A stretch of DNA of 64,000 nt from an uncultured Candidatus Saccharibacteria bacterium (GCA_964600985.1 CAZRJR010000003.1:2583-66582), one strand, 5' to 3'; positions 1-13,438 are shown, counted from the stretch's first letter. Numbers and translations: made by a program. Notes: generated by a model not told the origin, from the sequence alone.

Positions 1-2231
1 AGAACATCCATACCCACTACAGTATCTCCTGTGCGCAGGCGAATACCGCGTACACCTCGAGTGGCTCGACCCATTGGCCGCGCGTCGCTTTCTTTAAAAC
101 GGATTGCCTGCGCCATGGCAGTCGAGATAATGATGTCATCGCTACCGTGCGTCTTCTTAACCCACTTGAGCTCGTCGCCCTTATCTAGCTTAATAGCAAT
201 GAGTCCGCTCGATCGCACATTCAAGTACTCCGTAATCGCCGTCTTTTTGATCACACCATTCTTAGTAGCCATAAATAAGAACTTAGCGGAGTTGTTCTTC
301 TCGAGTGTAAGGAGTGAAGTGACCCGCTCATCAGGACTTAAGTTTAGTAAGTTTACGATCGCTTGGCCCTTGGCAGTTCGTGATGCAGCCGGCACTTCGT
401 ATGCCTTAAGTTTAAAGGCCCGACCTAGCGAGGTAAAGAACAGAATTGTGTCGTGATTATTGGTCTGAGCCATGTGTTCCACTACGTCTTCTTCCTTGGT
501 GGCCATGCCGATCTTGCCTTTACCACCCCGTGCCTGTGCGGTGTAGGTATTAGAAGGCATGCGCTTAATGTAGTTGCCAGCCGTGAGCGTAATGATTACC
601 TCTTCGTTTGGTATTAAGTCTTCGTCGGAGAATTTACCAATGTTCGACTTTACTATTTGGGTGCGGCGCTTGTCAGCATGCTTGTCTCTTAACTCCACCA
701 GCTCGTCACGAATTACTTTGAGAATGTTTGCTTCGTCGGAAAGAATCGTTTCGAGTTCTTTTATAAGGTTCATGAGCGCTGTGTATTCGTCCTCTATCCT
801 CTTGCGCTCTAGTCCCGCAAGTGTGCGGAGCTGCATGTCCAAAATTGCTTTAGCTTGAATCTCGGTCAACTTAAAGCTCTTAATCAAGTTGGTCATAGCC
901 TCTTCTTTGGTGCTGCTGGCGCGAATGGTAGAGATCACTTTGTCGATCTGATCAAGAGCAATGCGCAGGCCTTCGAGTATATGCGCTCTAGCTTGAGCCT
1001 TCTTGAGCTCGAACTCAGTACGCCTGCGCACCACAACTTTGCGGTGATCTAAGTAGTGACGCAGTACCATTTCTAAGTTCAGTACGCGTGGCTGAATGCC
1101 GTTTACTAACGCGAGCATATTAACGTGGAAGGTAGTCTGAAGTGGGGTTAAGCGGAAAAGCTGGTTAAGCAGCTTCTGAGCATAGGCGTCTTTTTTGAGC
1201 TCAATAATAATGCGTACTCCCACACGATCGGAAGATTCGTCGCGCACATCGGACAGTCCGGTAATTTTCTTCTCGTGGTACAAGTCGGCGATTTTTTGCA
1301 CAAGTACAGACTTATTTACTTGGAAGGGAATAGAAGTAACTACAATACGCTGTTTACCCTTCTTATCTTCTTCTATCTCCGCGTCAGCTCGCATCACAAT
1401 GCTACCTTTGCCCGTGCCATAAGCTTGGGCAATTCCGCCATCGTCAAAAATGATACCACCGCCAGGGAAATCGGGGCCTTTTACAATGTTGATCAAATCA
1501 GCCACAGTGGCTTCTGGGTTGTCGATGATGTAGATTACTGCGTCGACAATCTCGGCCAGATTATGCGGGGGAATATTGGTGGCCATACCGACCGCAATAC
1601 CCTGTACGCCATTTAGGAGTAAATTAGGTAGCTTAGCTGGCAACACCGAAGGCTCGCGCTTATTGCCATCATAGTTTGGCCTAAAATCTACGGTGTCTTT
1701 ATCGATATCAACCAAGAGTTCTTCGGTGAGCTTTTGCATACGGGCTTCGGTATAACGCATAGCTGCCGGTGCATCGCCGTCGATCGATCCAAAGTTACCC
1801 TGACCATCCACCAACATGTAGCGCATCGAAAAATCCTGAGCCATACGGGCCATTGCGTCGTAGATAGCCGTGTCGCCGTGCGGATGATAGCTACCCATTA
1901 CATCACCAACTACCGTGGCGCTCTTACGGAATTTAGAGCCGTGGCGCAGGCCAAGGTTGTTCATAACGTAGAGAATACGGCGGTGCACCGGCTTAAGGCC
2001 ATCACGTACATCCGGCAGTGCGCGCGACACAATAACACTCATGGAGTAGTCTAAGTAACTCTTCTCCATTTCGGTCTCGATAGTACGGAATTCAACTTGG
2101 CCAATACCACTGTCCATCATGGCTTGATTCGCCTGCTCTTCTGGAGTCAATTTCATCTCCTCACTCTTGGATTCTTCCCTCTTTGGTTCTTCCTTGGGGG
2201 TCTTTGCTGATTTGTCGGTTGATTCTGCCAT
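1..2231 (-). CDS. gyrA: DNA gyrase subunit A (C-terminus runs off window start)
   Basis: Minus-strand reading gives [30 protein letters not shown] and [10 protein letters not shown] (catalytic Tyr). ATG at 2231 follows a GGAG RBS, directly downstream of gyrB. Missing from the ORF track because it is truncated. Confidence 0.97.
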   Translation of the reverse strand, partial: MAESTDKSAKTPKEEPKREESKSEEMKLTPEEQANQAMMDSGIGQVEFRTIETEMEKSYLDYSMSVIVSRALPDVRDGLKPVHRRILYVMNNLGLRHGSKFRKSATVVGDVMGSYHPHGDTAIYDAMARMAQDFSMRYMLVDGQGNFGSIDGDAPAAMRYTEARMQKLTEELLVDIDKDTVDFRPNYDGNKREPSVLPAKLPNLLLNGVQGIAVGMATNIPPHNLAEIVDAVIYIIDNPEATVADLINIVKGPDFPGGGIIFDDGGIAQAYGTGKGSIVMRADAEIEEDKKGKQRIVVTSIPFQVNKSVLVQKIADLYHEKKITGLSDVRDESSDRVGVRIIIELKKDAYAQKLLNQLFRLTPLQTTFHVNMLALVNGIQPRVLNLEMVLRHYLDHRKVVVRRRTEFELKKAQARAHILEGLRIALDQIDKVISTIRASSTKEEAMTNLIKSFKLTEIQAKAILDMQLRTLAGLERKRIEDEYTALMNLIKELETILSDEANILKVIRDELVELRDKHADKRRTQIVKSNIGKFSDEDLIPNEEVIITLTAGNYIKRMPSNTYTAQARGGKGKIGMATKEEDVVEHMAQTNNHDTILFFTSLGRAFKLKAYEVPAASRTAKGQAIVNLLNLSPDERVTSLLTLEKNNSAKFLFMATKNGVIKKTAITEYLNVRSSGLIAIKLDKGDELKWVKKTHGSDDIIISTAMAQAIRFKESDARPMGRATRGVRGIRLRTGDTVVGMDV

Positions 2232-2239
2232 TGCTTCTC

Positions 2240-4330
<2,091 letters not shown>

Positions 4331-4442
4331 TTAAAACCCTCACAATTTATTTGGTATGTTAGCCGAGCTAACAACAGATACTACTTAGTATACCTTACCT
4401 GTTAAACTCCAAGCAAGTATGTAAGTAGAATGCGATACAAAC

Positions 4443-6956
4443 CTAGCGATTCACCACGGGAGTACCAGGCTTGGCTTGAGGCGTAGATGGCACCACGCTC
4501 AAACTCTGCGTTATTTCGGCAGCTACATCGGCCTTAGCGCGAGCGAAGTTTTGACGTGACAACTGCACCATTTGACCATATAGTGTAGGGTCGCTCTCGC
4601 CGATGGGCGGGAAGATTTCCTTAAGTGAAAAGGGCGGCGTAACTGCACCCCTACTAATCAAACGGGCAGCTGCATAGAGATTTGGCGTGTTAATAATGTC
4701 GTCCTTATCGAAAGCCGGCGCAAACTGCTTTGCCATAAACTCAGCGTCCTCTGGCCCTACCCTGAACCCAATCATATTACCGACGTTTCCAAACACCGCG
4801 TCGCGCACCGGTTCCTCAAGCTGTGAAATAAACTGATTCGCCATAATCATAGTCAGGCGGTACTTGCGGGCTTCAGACAAAATGGTAGCGATCGAATCGG
4901 TAGCGTAGTTCTGGAATTCATCGATATAGAGGCTAAAGTCCTGGCGTTGACCTTCGGGTGTGTCGGCCCGACTCATAGCTGCCATTTGGAATTTAATGAT
5001 AAAGATAATACCTAGCAATTTAGAGTTCTGATCACCCAGCAAACCCTTGGATAGGTTTACAAATAAGAGCTTTTTGCCATCCATAATATCCCGAAGGTTA
5101 AAGGAAGACTTTTTCTGACCAATGATGTTGCGCATAATCTCGTTGTTTGCAAAGTCGCCAAATTTAGAGGTGAAGTAGCCCAACATCTCGCTCTTAGAGT
5201 GTTCGCTGGTCTGAGCCATTTGCCCAGTCCAAAATTCTTGTACCACCGGATCACTTACATAGCGGAACTTTTGCTTTAAGAAATCATCGTTAGTAAAGAG
5301 CTTGGGTACCTCAATAAGTGTACCGCCAGCCGGGTCCGACATTACGGTGAGTGCGGCATTGCGAAACCAGTCTACAAACATTGGCCCAACTATTCCCTGG
5401 CCCTTAGGGTCGTAGAGTTTGTAGAACATGCTAATTGCTTCTTGGATTAAAAAGTCTTTTTGTTCTGGGTGAGCCGGATCAAATTCCATAATATTAAAGC
5501 CCAGGGGGTACTCGGTGTCACCAGGGTTAAAATAAATCACATCTTGCATGCGGTGTGGCGGCACCTTGGCCATAAGCTTCTCGGCAGTGTCACCATGTGG
5601 GTCGAGAAAACAAAGTCCCTTACCCATGTGCATGTCTTGCACTATGCAGTTCTCTAAGAAAACTGATTTACCCGTACCAGTTTGACCGATTATATATACA
5701 TGTCGACGACGATCGTCGTCGAGCAGGCGTACTACTGTTTCCTGGCCACGATACAAGTTGCTTCCCAATATAAGTCCTTCTGTAGGCATATCGGCCGGTG
5801 CTGGCACCTCACGCATACCCTTGCGAATCACTTGAGTAGACGATTCCATGCCTTCGCTCGGAAAGTGAAATATACTCGCCAGCTCAACGGAATTAAGGAC
5901 CGTTGAGGTTTGCGAAGCAGGGAAGAACCGAAAGATAAAGTCGGTTGTAAGCTTCTCTGGCGCTGCAGTAGGCTTGAATTTAAACTCATTAGAATTAGGC
6001 AGCGCTAACTGTGCAAATCCAGTTAGTATGTCCTGCACAATTGCCTTAGATCGATTCTGGTCAGTCGAGCTTGCAAGCACACGAATCATCACCTCGAATG
6101 CTGGCGCTGCGTACTTTTCCTCCACAAGCTGACTCATTTTTTGGTTAATTGCATCCGGTTGATTGTCTTGCTTGAGTGTACCCTCCTGAATTTTCTTGGA
6201 ATAACCCGGCTGCTTAATCGGCGCCATAGCAATGTCTTTAATGAGCTTTTTACCAGTATACTTTTCCTTGGCAATCTTTTCGGGATCAAGCAGGTCCTTG
6301 GCTTTCTTCTTAGCATTCTTGGCCCATTTAGCATGAGCTGGACGCACCAGGATCTGAATGCCGGCGCCTTCACCAGCCTGTAAGTGAGAAAGACTGCTTA
6401 GTATACCACTCAGTGGATCGGAGTCACGAGTTTTATAACTAGCAATCGGGAAGTAAGAATCATTCGCAAGGGCAAGCTCACCCCCCGACACACCTGCAAG
6501 CTTACTGGTTTCAGAAAAAATATTTGGGTCATCCACCTGCTCTATCTGAATTGTTGGATAGCCAGAAACCAAGGCCTTTTGTACAGTCGAAAGCAAGGTT
6601 ACGGGTACCGCCGCATAAAAGTAAATCATGGCGCCGTCGGCAATGATCTCGAAACTTAAGTAGCGATTACCATATATATGCGATTTATCAGCAGTGATGC
6701 CCGACAAGAGATTAAAGACTCCCTCGGCCTTTGATATGTTCTCCTTGAACAACTCCCGGGTATCGCGATTGCCTGCTTCACTCGCTTCGGCAGGCGGCAG
6801 TTTAATCTGTAGTGGCACAAGCTTAAGGCTGCGTTCTATGTCTTTGTTGCGCCGGGCTAGATTGCGGTACAGAATAAACAGCACCAAGCCTAGGGCAGAA
6901 AAAAAGGCCAGCCCCAAGGCCGTGCTGAGTAAAATAAAGGCTTGATTAGATTCCAA
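4443..6956 (-). CDS. Membrane-anchored VirD4/TraD/HerA-like P-loop ATPase (coupling-protein-like)
   Basis: N-terminal TM helix, Walker A GQTGTGKS, LDPHGD, Walker B YIDEFQN, SEARKY, ANQFISQL. Confidence 0.85.
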   Translation of the reverse strand: MESNQAFILLSTALGLAFFSALGLVLFILYRNLARRNKDIERSLKLVPLQIKLPPAEASEAGNRDTRELFKENISKAEGVFNLLSGITADKSHIYGNRYLSFEIIADGAMIYFYAAVPVTLLSTVQKALVSGYPTIQIEQVDDPNIFSETSKLAGVSGGELALANDSYFPIASYKTRDSDPLSGILSSLSHLQAGEGAGIQILVRPAHAKWAKNAKKKAKDLLDPEKIAKEKYTGKKLIKDIAMAPIKQPGYSKKIQEGTLKQDNQPDAINQKMSQLVEEKYAAPAFEVMIRVLASSTDQNRSKAIVQDILTGFAQLALPNSNEFKFKPTAAPEKLTTDFIFRFFPASQTSTVLNSVELASIFHFPSEGMESSTQVIRKGMREVPAPADMPTEGLILGSNLYRGQETVVRLLDDDRRRHVYIIGQTGTGKSVFLENCIVQDMHMGKGLCFLDPHGDTAEKLMAKVPPHRMQDVIYFNPGDTEYPLGFNIMEFDPAHPEQKDFLIQEAISMFYKLYDPKGQGIVGPMFVDWFRNAALTVMSDPAGGTLIEVPKLFTNDDFLKQKFRYVSDPVVQEFWTGQMAQTSEHSKSEMLGYFTSKFGDFANNEIMRNIIGQKKSSFNLRDIMDGKKLLFVNLSKGLLGDQNSKLLGIIFIIKFQMAAMSRADTPEGQRQDFSLYIDEFQNYATDSIATILSEARKYRLTMIMANQFISQLEEPVRDAVFGNVGNMIGFRVGPEDAEFMAKQFAPAFDKDDIINTPNLYAAARLISRGAVTPPFSLKEIFPPIGESDPTLYGQMVQLSRQNFARAKADVAAEITQSLSVVPSTPQAKPGTPVVNR

Positions 6957-6977
6957 CTTTGCCGCCCACTCTGCCCA

Positions 6978-7415
6978 CTACTGCGGGTCACTCCTCTTAA
7001 TGTCTAGGTTAAAGCGCTGCTTTAGGTATAATGCGCTCAGTTCCTCATGTGCCTCTTCTTCGGCATGCGGATCCTGCGCGGTAGTGTGAATGATGGCATC
7101 AGCCCGGTCTACCCATTCCTTTTCGAGCTTCTTACCTCCTGCTGCCGGCGGTACTGTAGCTACTGGCTGCGGCTGCGTGGCGGCTTGCGGCGTGGCAGCT
7201 ACCGGTTGGGTAGACTGCTGGGATACGGCTGGCGCCTGGGTTGGTGCACCAGATGGCTGCACAGGCGCTTGCTCCGCCGCCGGAGCTACAGCGAGCTCTG
7301 AACTACGTAGTTGATCTGCAGTTTGTCCACCAACCGACTGTTCGGGGCGCTGGACTTGTGGTCGCGAATCTGGGCTTAGCGGATAGATAGGGTTAGGGTT
7401 ATGAGTAGGCTGCAT
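6978..7415 (-). CDS. Hypothetical protein, Pro/Gln/Ala-rich N-terminus and helical C-terminal domain
   Basis: ORF co-oriented with neighbours; C-terminus EKEWVDRA...YLKQRFNLDIK looks folded. Confidence 0.7.
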   Translation of the reverse strand: MQPTHNPNPIYPLSPDSRPQVQRPEQSVGGQTADQLRSSELAVAPAAEQAPVQPSGAPTQAPAVSQQSTQPVAATPQAATQPQPVATVPPAAGGKKLEKEWVDRADAIIHTTAQDPHAEEEAHEELSALYLKQRFNLDIKRSDPQ

Positions 7416-7503
7416 AGATTGACCTTTTGCCCTATTATAGCAATAAAACTATGCTCCGACCATAAGGACTATACAATCGAGTACAAATGATTCCGCTGAG
7501 TTT

Positions 7504-8988
7504 TTAGGTATGAACCCAAACCGGTGTGCCGATATCAGCCCAGTTATATATAAACGCTGCTGTTGCGAGTGGTAAATTCACACAACCATGGCTGCCATTG
7601 TAGTAATAGTCCGGCCCACCGTAGCTCGACCGCCAGCGCCACGCATCGTGCAAGCCAAACCCGCCATAGAACGGCATCCAGTAGTCCACGAGTACATCAT
7701 AGTTATACTGCGGGCCATACTGGTAACCAATTAAGTGTGTGTTGCGAGCCTTGGCGTAAATACTAAACAGCCCGGTAGCGGTAGGGAAGCCCATACCAGT
7801 AGCTCCGCTCGTAATTGGTGATTCGTAGATTACTTGGTCGTCCTGATATACCCACAGGTGTTGAGAAGTAAGATTGACTTCGATATAACGCGCCACACCG
7901 TCGAGCGTGGTAATGCGATTGTATTCAGTTTTGAATGCAACAGGAGCAGTTGTAAGTGTAAAGCTATTCGGAGTTTGTTTTTGTACAGCAGCTAGTAGAC
8001 TGGTTACTGCACTATCCTGATTGATGGCCAGGCCGTCCTCGCCCTCCTGGTCGGTCGTGCTCACTCCGTTTTTGATAGTGACTTTTTTATTCTTTGGCGC
8101 TATGTTGAGCTCGTTTGCGATTGTCTGCACATAGCCTCGCACCTTGGCTTCATCCACCTGGACCACCAGTGTGCTCTCCCCGGTAGCACTTTTTTGAGCT
8201 GGGAACGTGAGCCAACTAGCAATGTCGACAGAACTGGGTTTAAACGTCTTCCCTTGGTACTCCAGCACCACATTGGTCTGGGTCATGAGCTTAGCCTGGT
8301 CAATCACTGGCTGTGTAGCGGGTAATTGAATATCTGCTTTTACCCTGGTAGGCGTAAGCTCTACCGATTTGTCTTGACCCTCTGCCAGCACCTGCTGGAG
8401 TGTATGACCAAGCTCGGCTTGATCAATCGACACGCCATCTTGGTCAGGGACCGCCGCGATCACGCCGTCTGCCACCTGTACTCGAGCATTCACCGGTGGA
8501 CGGCCCACGTCAGAGAGAACCCGAGATACAAACTTACCAAGCGTAGCTGTATTAATACTATATGCGTAGCCAGTTCTGCCATTCTTTAGAGAACTCACAA
8601 TACCAACAATTGGCCACGGGGTAGTGCGACCAATGCGATAAGCGGCGTCCACAGTTGTGTTAATGTCACTCGTTGCCCCGAGCTGCTCGCTTTTCATAAC
8701 ATAAGTTTTATCAGCCAGCTTGAGAGTTAAAGTATGTTGATTGTCTTTGGCTGCCAGCAGTTTAATCGCTTGTGCGCGGGTCTTGAGCCCAACATCCTGA
8801 TTGGCGATTACCACACCAGGGTAGATCACGCCGGTTAGGGGAGCAGCCAAGATTGCATTTACAACCACCACGCCGAGTATGGGGGCCGCCAGTGCCAAAC
8901 CAAAGATTCGGAAGAGCTTTTTGCCACGCAAACTCTTTGCCCCCTTAGCCGCACTCCCAGAGTTAGTCTGTGGTGTATTCCGCCTCAT
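7504..8988 (-). CDS. L,D-transpeptidase (YkuD domain) with N-terminal TM anchor and peptidoglycan-binding/VanW-type stalk
   Basis: YIEVNLTSQHL, GLHDA...SHGCVNL catalytic motif (His...Cys). Confidence 0.9.
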   Translation of the reverse strand: MRRNTPQTNSGSAAKGAKSLRGKKLFRIFGLALAAPILGVVVVNAILAAPLTGVIYPGVVIANQDVGLKTRAQAIKLLAAKDNQHTLTLKLADKTYVMKSEQLGATSDINTTVDAAYRIGRTTPWPIVGIVSSLKNGRTGYAYSINTATLGKFVSRVLSDVGRPPVNARVQVADGVIAAVPDQDGVSIDQAELGHTLQQVLAEGQDKSVELTPTRVKADIQLPATQPVIDQAKLMTQTNVVLEYQGKTFKPSSVDIASWLTFPAQKSATGESTLVVQVDEAKVRGYVQTIANELNIAPKNKKVTIKNGVSTTDQEGEDGLAINQDSAVTSLLAAVQKQTPNSFTLTTAPVAFKTEYNRITTLDGVARYIEVNLTSQHLWVYQDDQVIYESPITSGATGMGFPTATGLFSIYAKARNTHLIGYQYGPQYNYDVLVDYWMPFYGGFGLHDAWRWRSSYGGPDYYYNGSHGCVNLPLATAAFIYNWADIGTPVWVHT

Positions 8989-9028
8989 TATTTCTTCGTT
9001 CTATTATAATAGGCCTCGCTACTTCTTG

Positions 9029-11842
9029 CTAGCGAATTATAACCTTTCCAAATGGCGCATGAGCCATAATTGCCTGTTCGATCGAGCTTAGTTTATTCTG
9101 GATTTCTGTAGTAGTTGGGTTGGGCCCCAGATCGAAACTTATACGGACTGTTAGGTTCTTAACCTTATCACGCTGCATTACGTCGTCTTGGTACAGACCG
9201 AGATATGCCACCTTCTGAACGCTATCCTGGTTAGTCACAAACTTCTCCAAATCACTCCAGGCTACGCTAGTATTACAAAGCATCGATATATCTCTGGAGA
9301 TAATCTGGTAATCAGGTAGATCAACCACCCGCATAGTAGCGGCCTGCTCTAACAGCGGACTTAGTAATACTTCACCATAGCTAACTTCGCTTTGTACGTC
9401 AGCTCGACTCACTACAGCCTTGCTCAGTTGGCCATATAGACCTACCTCGTCACCTTGCAAAGTAATTTTCCCACATCGACCGGGTGAGTAAACCGAGTCT
9501 TTGGCTACACTAAACTCCATATTTCCACCCGTAAAGCAATTAAGGTTATCAAGGGCTCCCTTGAGCCTGAGCAAGCTGTCTTTGCCAACCGTGGTAACGG
9601 CCAACTTCCAATCTTCAATCGGCAACTCACCGTCTTGCGTTGGCCTGTAGGTTCGGGATATCTCAAACATAGCAAACTGCTTGGCGTAGCCTTGGTTGTT
9701 CCGCACCACATCCAAATGGCTTGGTAGAATTGAGCTCCGTAGATACTGTTGTTCTTGGCTAAGCGGATTTGCAACTTCCATGAGTTCGGCTACGTTATAT
9801 CCAAGCCGCTCAATAGCGCGCGCACTAATGAATGAGTACGTGACAACTTCTTGAAGGCCAGTTGCTGCAAGGGCTCGTTTGAGCTCTAAAATATCGCCTA
9901 AAAGCCGATGTGGGCGCGTATTGGTAGGGGGTAGCGTAGGAAGTTCGGCCGGAATAGCATCGTATCCAATGATCTTAACGATCTCCTCGACCATATCCTC
10001 CTCGAGTCGCACATCGGTCCGCCACCACGGTGCCGTTACAGCCAAGATGTGATTAAAGTTTTCTACATAGCGCCTAGCGCCCAAGTACGTTGGCTCATTT
10101 GTAAAATCCGTTAACGGGACCTCGATCACGCCTTGCTGCTGGCGCGGCACCCACTCATCGCCTTTACGTTCATACTGGATTGCTGTAACTACCGTGTTAT
10201 TGCCTACATAAATTCCGTTATGCCCCACATACTCTGGTTCGTCGAGTGTATGCTTGTGCTTCTTGCCATCGGCATCAGTAGTGTAGTAGTGGTCGATCGG
10301 CGAGTTCTTCATAAGCCCCGTGTAGAACAACACGTCACCAGGTCTTAAGTCGCCAACTTCCACAGGCCAGCCATGGTGATATTGTCCGAGTGCCACATGG
10401 CCTACATGTACACCAATGCGCGAATAAATACGATCTACCAGATAAGAACAATCAAAGCCAGATTCACCGTGCTGTTTAAAGTTCGCGCCCCAAATATATG
10501 GTTTACCAAGATGCTTACGAGCTTCTTTTGTAATACTAAAATGCTCAACTTCGAAACCAAGCCGCTTAAGCCCACTAACCACTTGTTTTTCATCCAGCGC
10601 TACCCCTAGTATTTTCTCGGCCTTACGCAACCGTAAACCAATTTGCTGAACCCATGGCCAGCCATAAAGCTGATCTGTAGGGGAGTCAACTACTTTACCA
10701 TCGGCAACTTCTTGGAGCAGTACAACGAGTCGTTCGGCCGCAAAAGCAGGCAAGGGGAGGGGGAGTGAGCGCTCGAATCGTGCCGACGCCTCACTACGCA
10801 AGCCATGTCTAATTGCTGCCTTGCGAACTCGAGTTCTGTCAAAGTTCGCGATCTCAAGCAGTATTTCAGTCGTATTGGTGTCGACTTCGGTACGCGCGCC
10901 ACCCATCACGCCTGCTATACCAATAGCACCCTGGTCGTCTGCAATTACCAAGTCTTCCTCACTCAATGTGCGCTCTGCGCCATCCAGGGTGGTAAGTTTC
11001 TCAAGAGGGGAGGCGAAGCGTACTGCCAAATCACCGTGCAATTTAGTCGCATCATAAGCATGGGAGGGCTGTCCGGTTTCGAGCATAACAAAGTTAGTTA
11101 TATCTACAACGGGACTTATACTACGGATCCCGTTACCCTCTAAGTTATCCACAAGCCATTGCGGACTTTTCACGGCATTATTCACAGACATTTTCACAAC
11201 GATGAACCGCCTACATTCCCCCTTTTCCTTGACATCTACACTTTCTATGTCACTATATTGTATTTCGGCGGCAACAGGTAAAACTAGTTCGTTACCTTCG
11301 TCTCGGGCTGCCACTTCCCTAGCCAAGCCGATTAAACTCAAGTAATCCCACCTGTTTGCCGGTGTCTTTATATCCAGGCAATCACCTTTTTGCCATATGT
11401 CGCACAATGACTTTCCTAGGGGAGTTTCATCTGGCAAGAGCATGATACCGCTATGGTCGTCCGACACCCCCAGCTCCTTGGCTGAGCACAACATACCGTG
11501 CGACTCCACACCACGAAGCTTAGCCGCTTCAATGGTTAACCCATCCGGCAAGACACTGCCGACTTGCGCCAAGACCACCACTTGTTTTTCCGCCAAATTT
11601 GGTGCGCCACAAACTACCTCAACTGTGCCGCTGCCGGTATTAACAATAGCTATACGCAAACGATCAGCATCGGGGTGTGGCCGAACTTCATCTACCCGCG
11701 CAGTAATAATCTTCTCATCCCACGAGCTAGATGGCAGCACCTCCTCGACCTCAACTTCGGTTTTTAGTAACAACTCCACCATGCGTTCGGTTGAAAGCTG
11801 GCTCTTGAGATAGCGATTAATGCTGTCGACTGATATTTTCAT
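9029..11842 (-). CDS. pheT: Phenylalanine--tRNA ligase beta subunit with inserted NlpC/P60 domain
   Basis: HPDADRL, VVCGAPN, GMLCSAKELG, ANRWDYLS, VDITNFVMLETGQPSHAYD, RFER and RTDV..EEDMVEEI..IIGY motifs; about 165-aa insert in B5. Confidence 0.95.
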   Translation of the reverse strand: MKISVDSINRYLKSQLSTERMVELLLKTEVEVEEVLPSSSWDEKIITARVDEVRPHPDADRLRIAIVNTGSGTVEVVCGAPNLAEKQVVVLAQVGSVLPDGLTIEAAKLRGVESHGMLCSAKELGVSDDHSGIMLLPDETPLGKSLCDIWQKGDCLDIKTPANRWDYLSLIGLAREVAARDEGNELVLPVAAEIQYSDIESVDVKEKGECRRFIVVKMSVNNAVKSPQWLVDNLEGNGIRSISPVVDITNFVMLETGQPSHAYDATKLHGDLAVRFASPLEKLTTLDGAERTLSEEDLVIADDQGAIGIAGVMGGARTEVDTNTTEILLEIANFDRTRVRKAAIRHGLRSEASARFERSLPLPLPAFAAERLVVLLQEVADGKVVDSPTDQLYGWPWVQQIGLRLRKAEKILGVALDEKQVVSGLKRLGFEVEHFSITKEARKHLGKPYIWGANFKQHGESGFDCSYLVDRIYSRIGVHVGHVALGQYHHGWPVEVGDLRPGDVLFYTGLMKNSPIDHYYTTDADGKKHKHTLDEPEYVGHNGIYVGNNTVVTAIQYERKGDEWVPRQQQGVIEVPLTDFTNEPTYLGARRYVENFNHILAVTAPWWRTDVRLEEDMVEEIVKIIGYDAIPAELPTLPPTNTRPHRLLGDILELKRALAATGLQEVVTYSFISARAIERLGYNVAELMEVANPLSQEQQYLRSSILPSHLDVVRNNQGYAKQFAMFEISRTYRPTQDGELPIEDWKLAVTTVGKDSLLRLKGALDNLNCFTGGNMEFSVAKDSVYSPGRCGKITLQGDEVGLYGQLSKAVVSRADVQSEVSYGEVLLSPLLEQAATMRVVDLPDYQIISRDISMLCNTSVAWSDLEKFVTNQDSVQKVAYLGLYQDDVMQRDKVKNLTVRISFDLGPNPTTTEIQNKLSSIEQAIMAHAPFGKVIIR

Positions 11843-12816
11843 TAAAATTGCTCCAAATAATCTAGCTTAGGACGCCAGAAGTTCCGAAGATCAGATATAC
11901 CGTATTTAACCATAGCGATGCGTTCGGGGCCCACGCCAAAGGCAAGACCACTGTACTTTTCTGCGTCGATTCCCGCATTTCTTAGAACACGAGGGTGCAC
12001 CATGCCGCCACCGAGTAGCTCTAGCCATTCGCCTTTGTATGTCACATCTATCTCGATTGAAGGCTCGGTGTACGGGAAATAACTCGGACGCAAGCGTATC
12101 TCAGTCTCCTCCCCAAGCAAGTCTTTCATAACGGCCAAGAGCACGCCTTTGAGGTGAGCAACCGACACACCCTCTCCCACCACTAAACCTTCTACCTGAG
12201 TAAATGACCAGAGGTGAGTTCTGTCCTCGTCTTCGTTACGGAACACCTTGCCTGGTACGATTATCTTAAACGGCGGCTTGTTATTCTTCATAAACCGCAC
12301 TTGCATGCCCGAGGTATGCGTACGAGGCAAAATGCGATTAGACCCAGCGGCGTCTTTTATATAGAACGTGTCTTGCATATCTCGCGCTGGGTGATGTGGT
12401 GGCATATTGAGCGCCTCGAAGTTGTGCCAATCATCCTCTATTTCGTTACTATCAACTATAGCAAAACCAAGTCGAGTAAATGATGCATACAACTCCGACA
12501 TAACCAAGCTTACTGGATGCATGTGCCCTGCCGGCTGCCCTAAGCCAGGCTGCGTAACATCGAGGGGTGGCAGTACATCAAGCTCTTCGAGTAATTCAGC
12601 TTTGCGCCTTGTGAACACCTCCTCTAGTTCTTTTTTAACTACATTGAGTTCAGCACCCTTTTGCTTTCTTAAGCTTTCGTCAAGCGCGCCCAGTGAAGTT
12701 AACTGAGCTTGCAATTCGCTTTTTTTGCCCAGGAACTTTGCCTTTGCTAACTGCAGTTCGTTTTCGTTTTTAACAGCTTTAGCAGCAATGATTGCGGCGT
12801 GTACTAGGTCGTTCAT
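11842..12816 (-). CDS. pheS: Phenylalanine--tRNA ligase alpha subunit
   Basis: HPARDMQDTFY, RTHTS, FPYTEPS, GGMVHPRVL, AFGVGPERIAM. Confidence 0.98.
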   Translation of the reverse strand: MNDLVHAAIIAAKAVKNENELQLAKAKFLGKKSELQAQLTSLGALDESLRKQKGAELNVVKKELEEVFTRRKAELLEELDVLPPLDVTQPGLGQPAGHMHPVSLVMSELYASFTRLGFAIVDSNEIEDDWHNFEALNMPPHHPARDMQDTFYIKDAAGSNRILPRTHTSGMQVRFMKNNKPPFKIIVPGKVFRNEDEDRTHLWSFTQVEGLVVGEGVSVAHLKGVLLAVMKDLLGEETEIRLRPSYFPYTEPSIEIDVTYKGEWLELLGGGMVHPRVLRNAGIDAEKYSGLAFGVGPERIAMVKYGISDLRNFWRPKLDYLEQF

Positions 12817-13217
12817 GCTCGCCTCTTATCTGTGGAGTATAAATACAATTCAATAATCAACACGGCTCCAGTAATAAGCAGAGCATCGCTCGCACCTAGT
12901 GTACCTAGGCTACTCATACCTAAAAGTATTACTATTGCTCCTGCCGGCACGATTGATATACGAAATGCCCGCATAGCCTGCCCCTGATTGTGCATGCCAA
13001 CGCGCCTATATATACGTGCCAAAAACATGAGCATAAACACACTTGTAAGTGCTGTTAGAGCCAGAATAAACCAAATGGTTACTCCCGCTGGCCCGATCTG
13101 GCTTGGAGTAGAAAACGACATAAGTGAAAACAGAATAGTGAAAGACAAGATACAAGCAACCACAAGACCAACACTAAATATTCCCTTTTTAAGCTTATGT
13201 ATACCTGACATATTCAT
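12813..13217 (-). CDS. Small integral membrane protein (about 4 TM), translationally coupled to pheS
   Basis: Hydrophobic segments; stop overlaps pheS start (ATGA). Confidence 0.75.
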   Translation of the reverse strand: MNMSGIHKLKKGIFSVGLVVACILSFTILFSLMSFSTPSQIGPAGVTIWFILALTALTSVFMLMFLARIYRRVGMHNQGQAMRAFRISIVPAGAIVILLGMSSLGTLGASDALLITGAVLIIELYLYSTDKRRA

Positions 13218-13438
13218 CCTATTATCCCAGATCTAGAAGCTTTGCTCAAGCATATGCTATTTCACTATTGTCAACGTAATATTTTGAACAAAGTTAAGAA
13301 CTACCTGAGCACATTTTTTACATAGCATATTCTTATCAACTTTTCGTATACTATTATTGTTCGTTTTGCATAGTAGTGTGTTGCAGAGTATTATATGCCA
13401 CAAAGCGGCATTGGAAAACCAAAGCTTGCGACCAAATT

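Noticed and set aside
4443-6956. Conjugative element suggested by the VirD4/TraD-like ATPase
   Set aside because: No relaxase, VirB genes, integrase or boundaries nearby; embedded among core genes
10050-10546. Intein explanation for the PheT insertion
   Set aside because: No N-terminal C/S with C-terminal HN-C/S/T splice junction or Hint blocks; motifs match NlpC/P60
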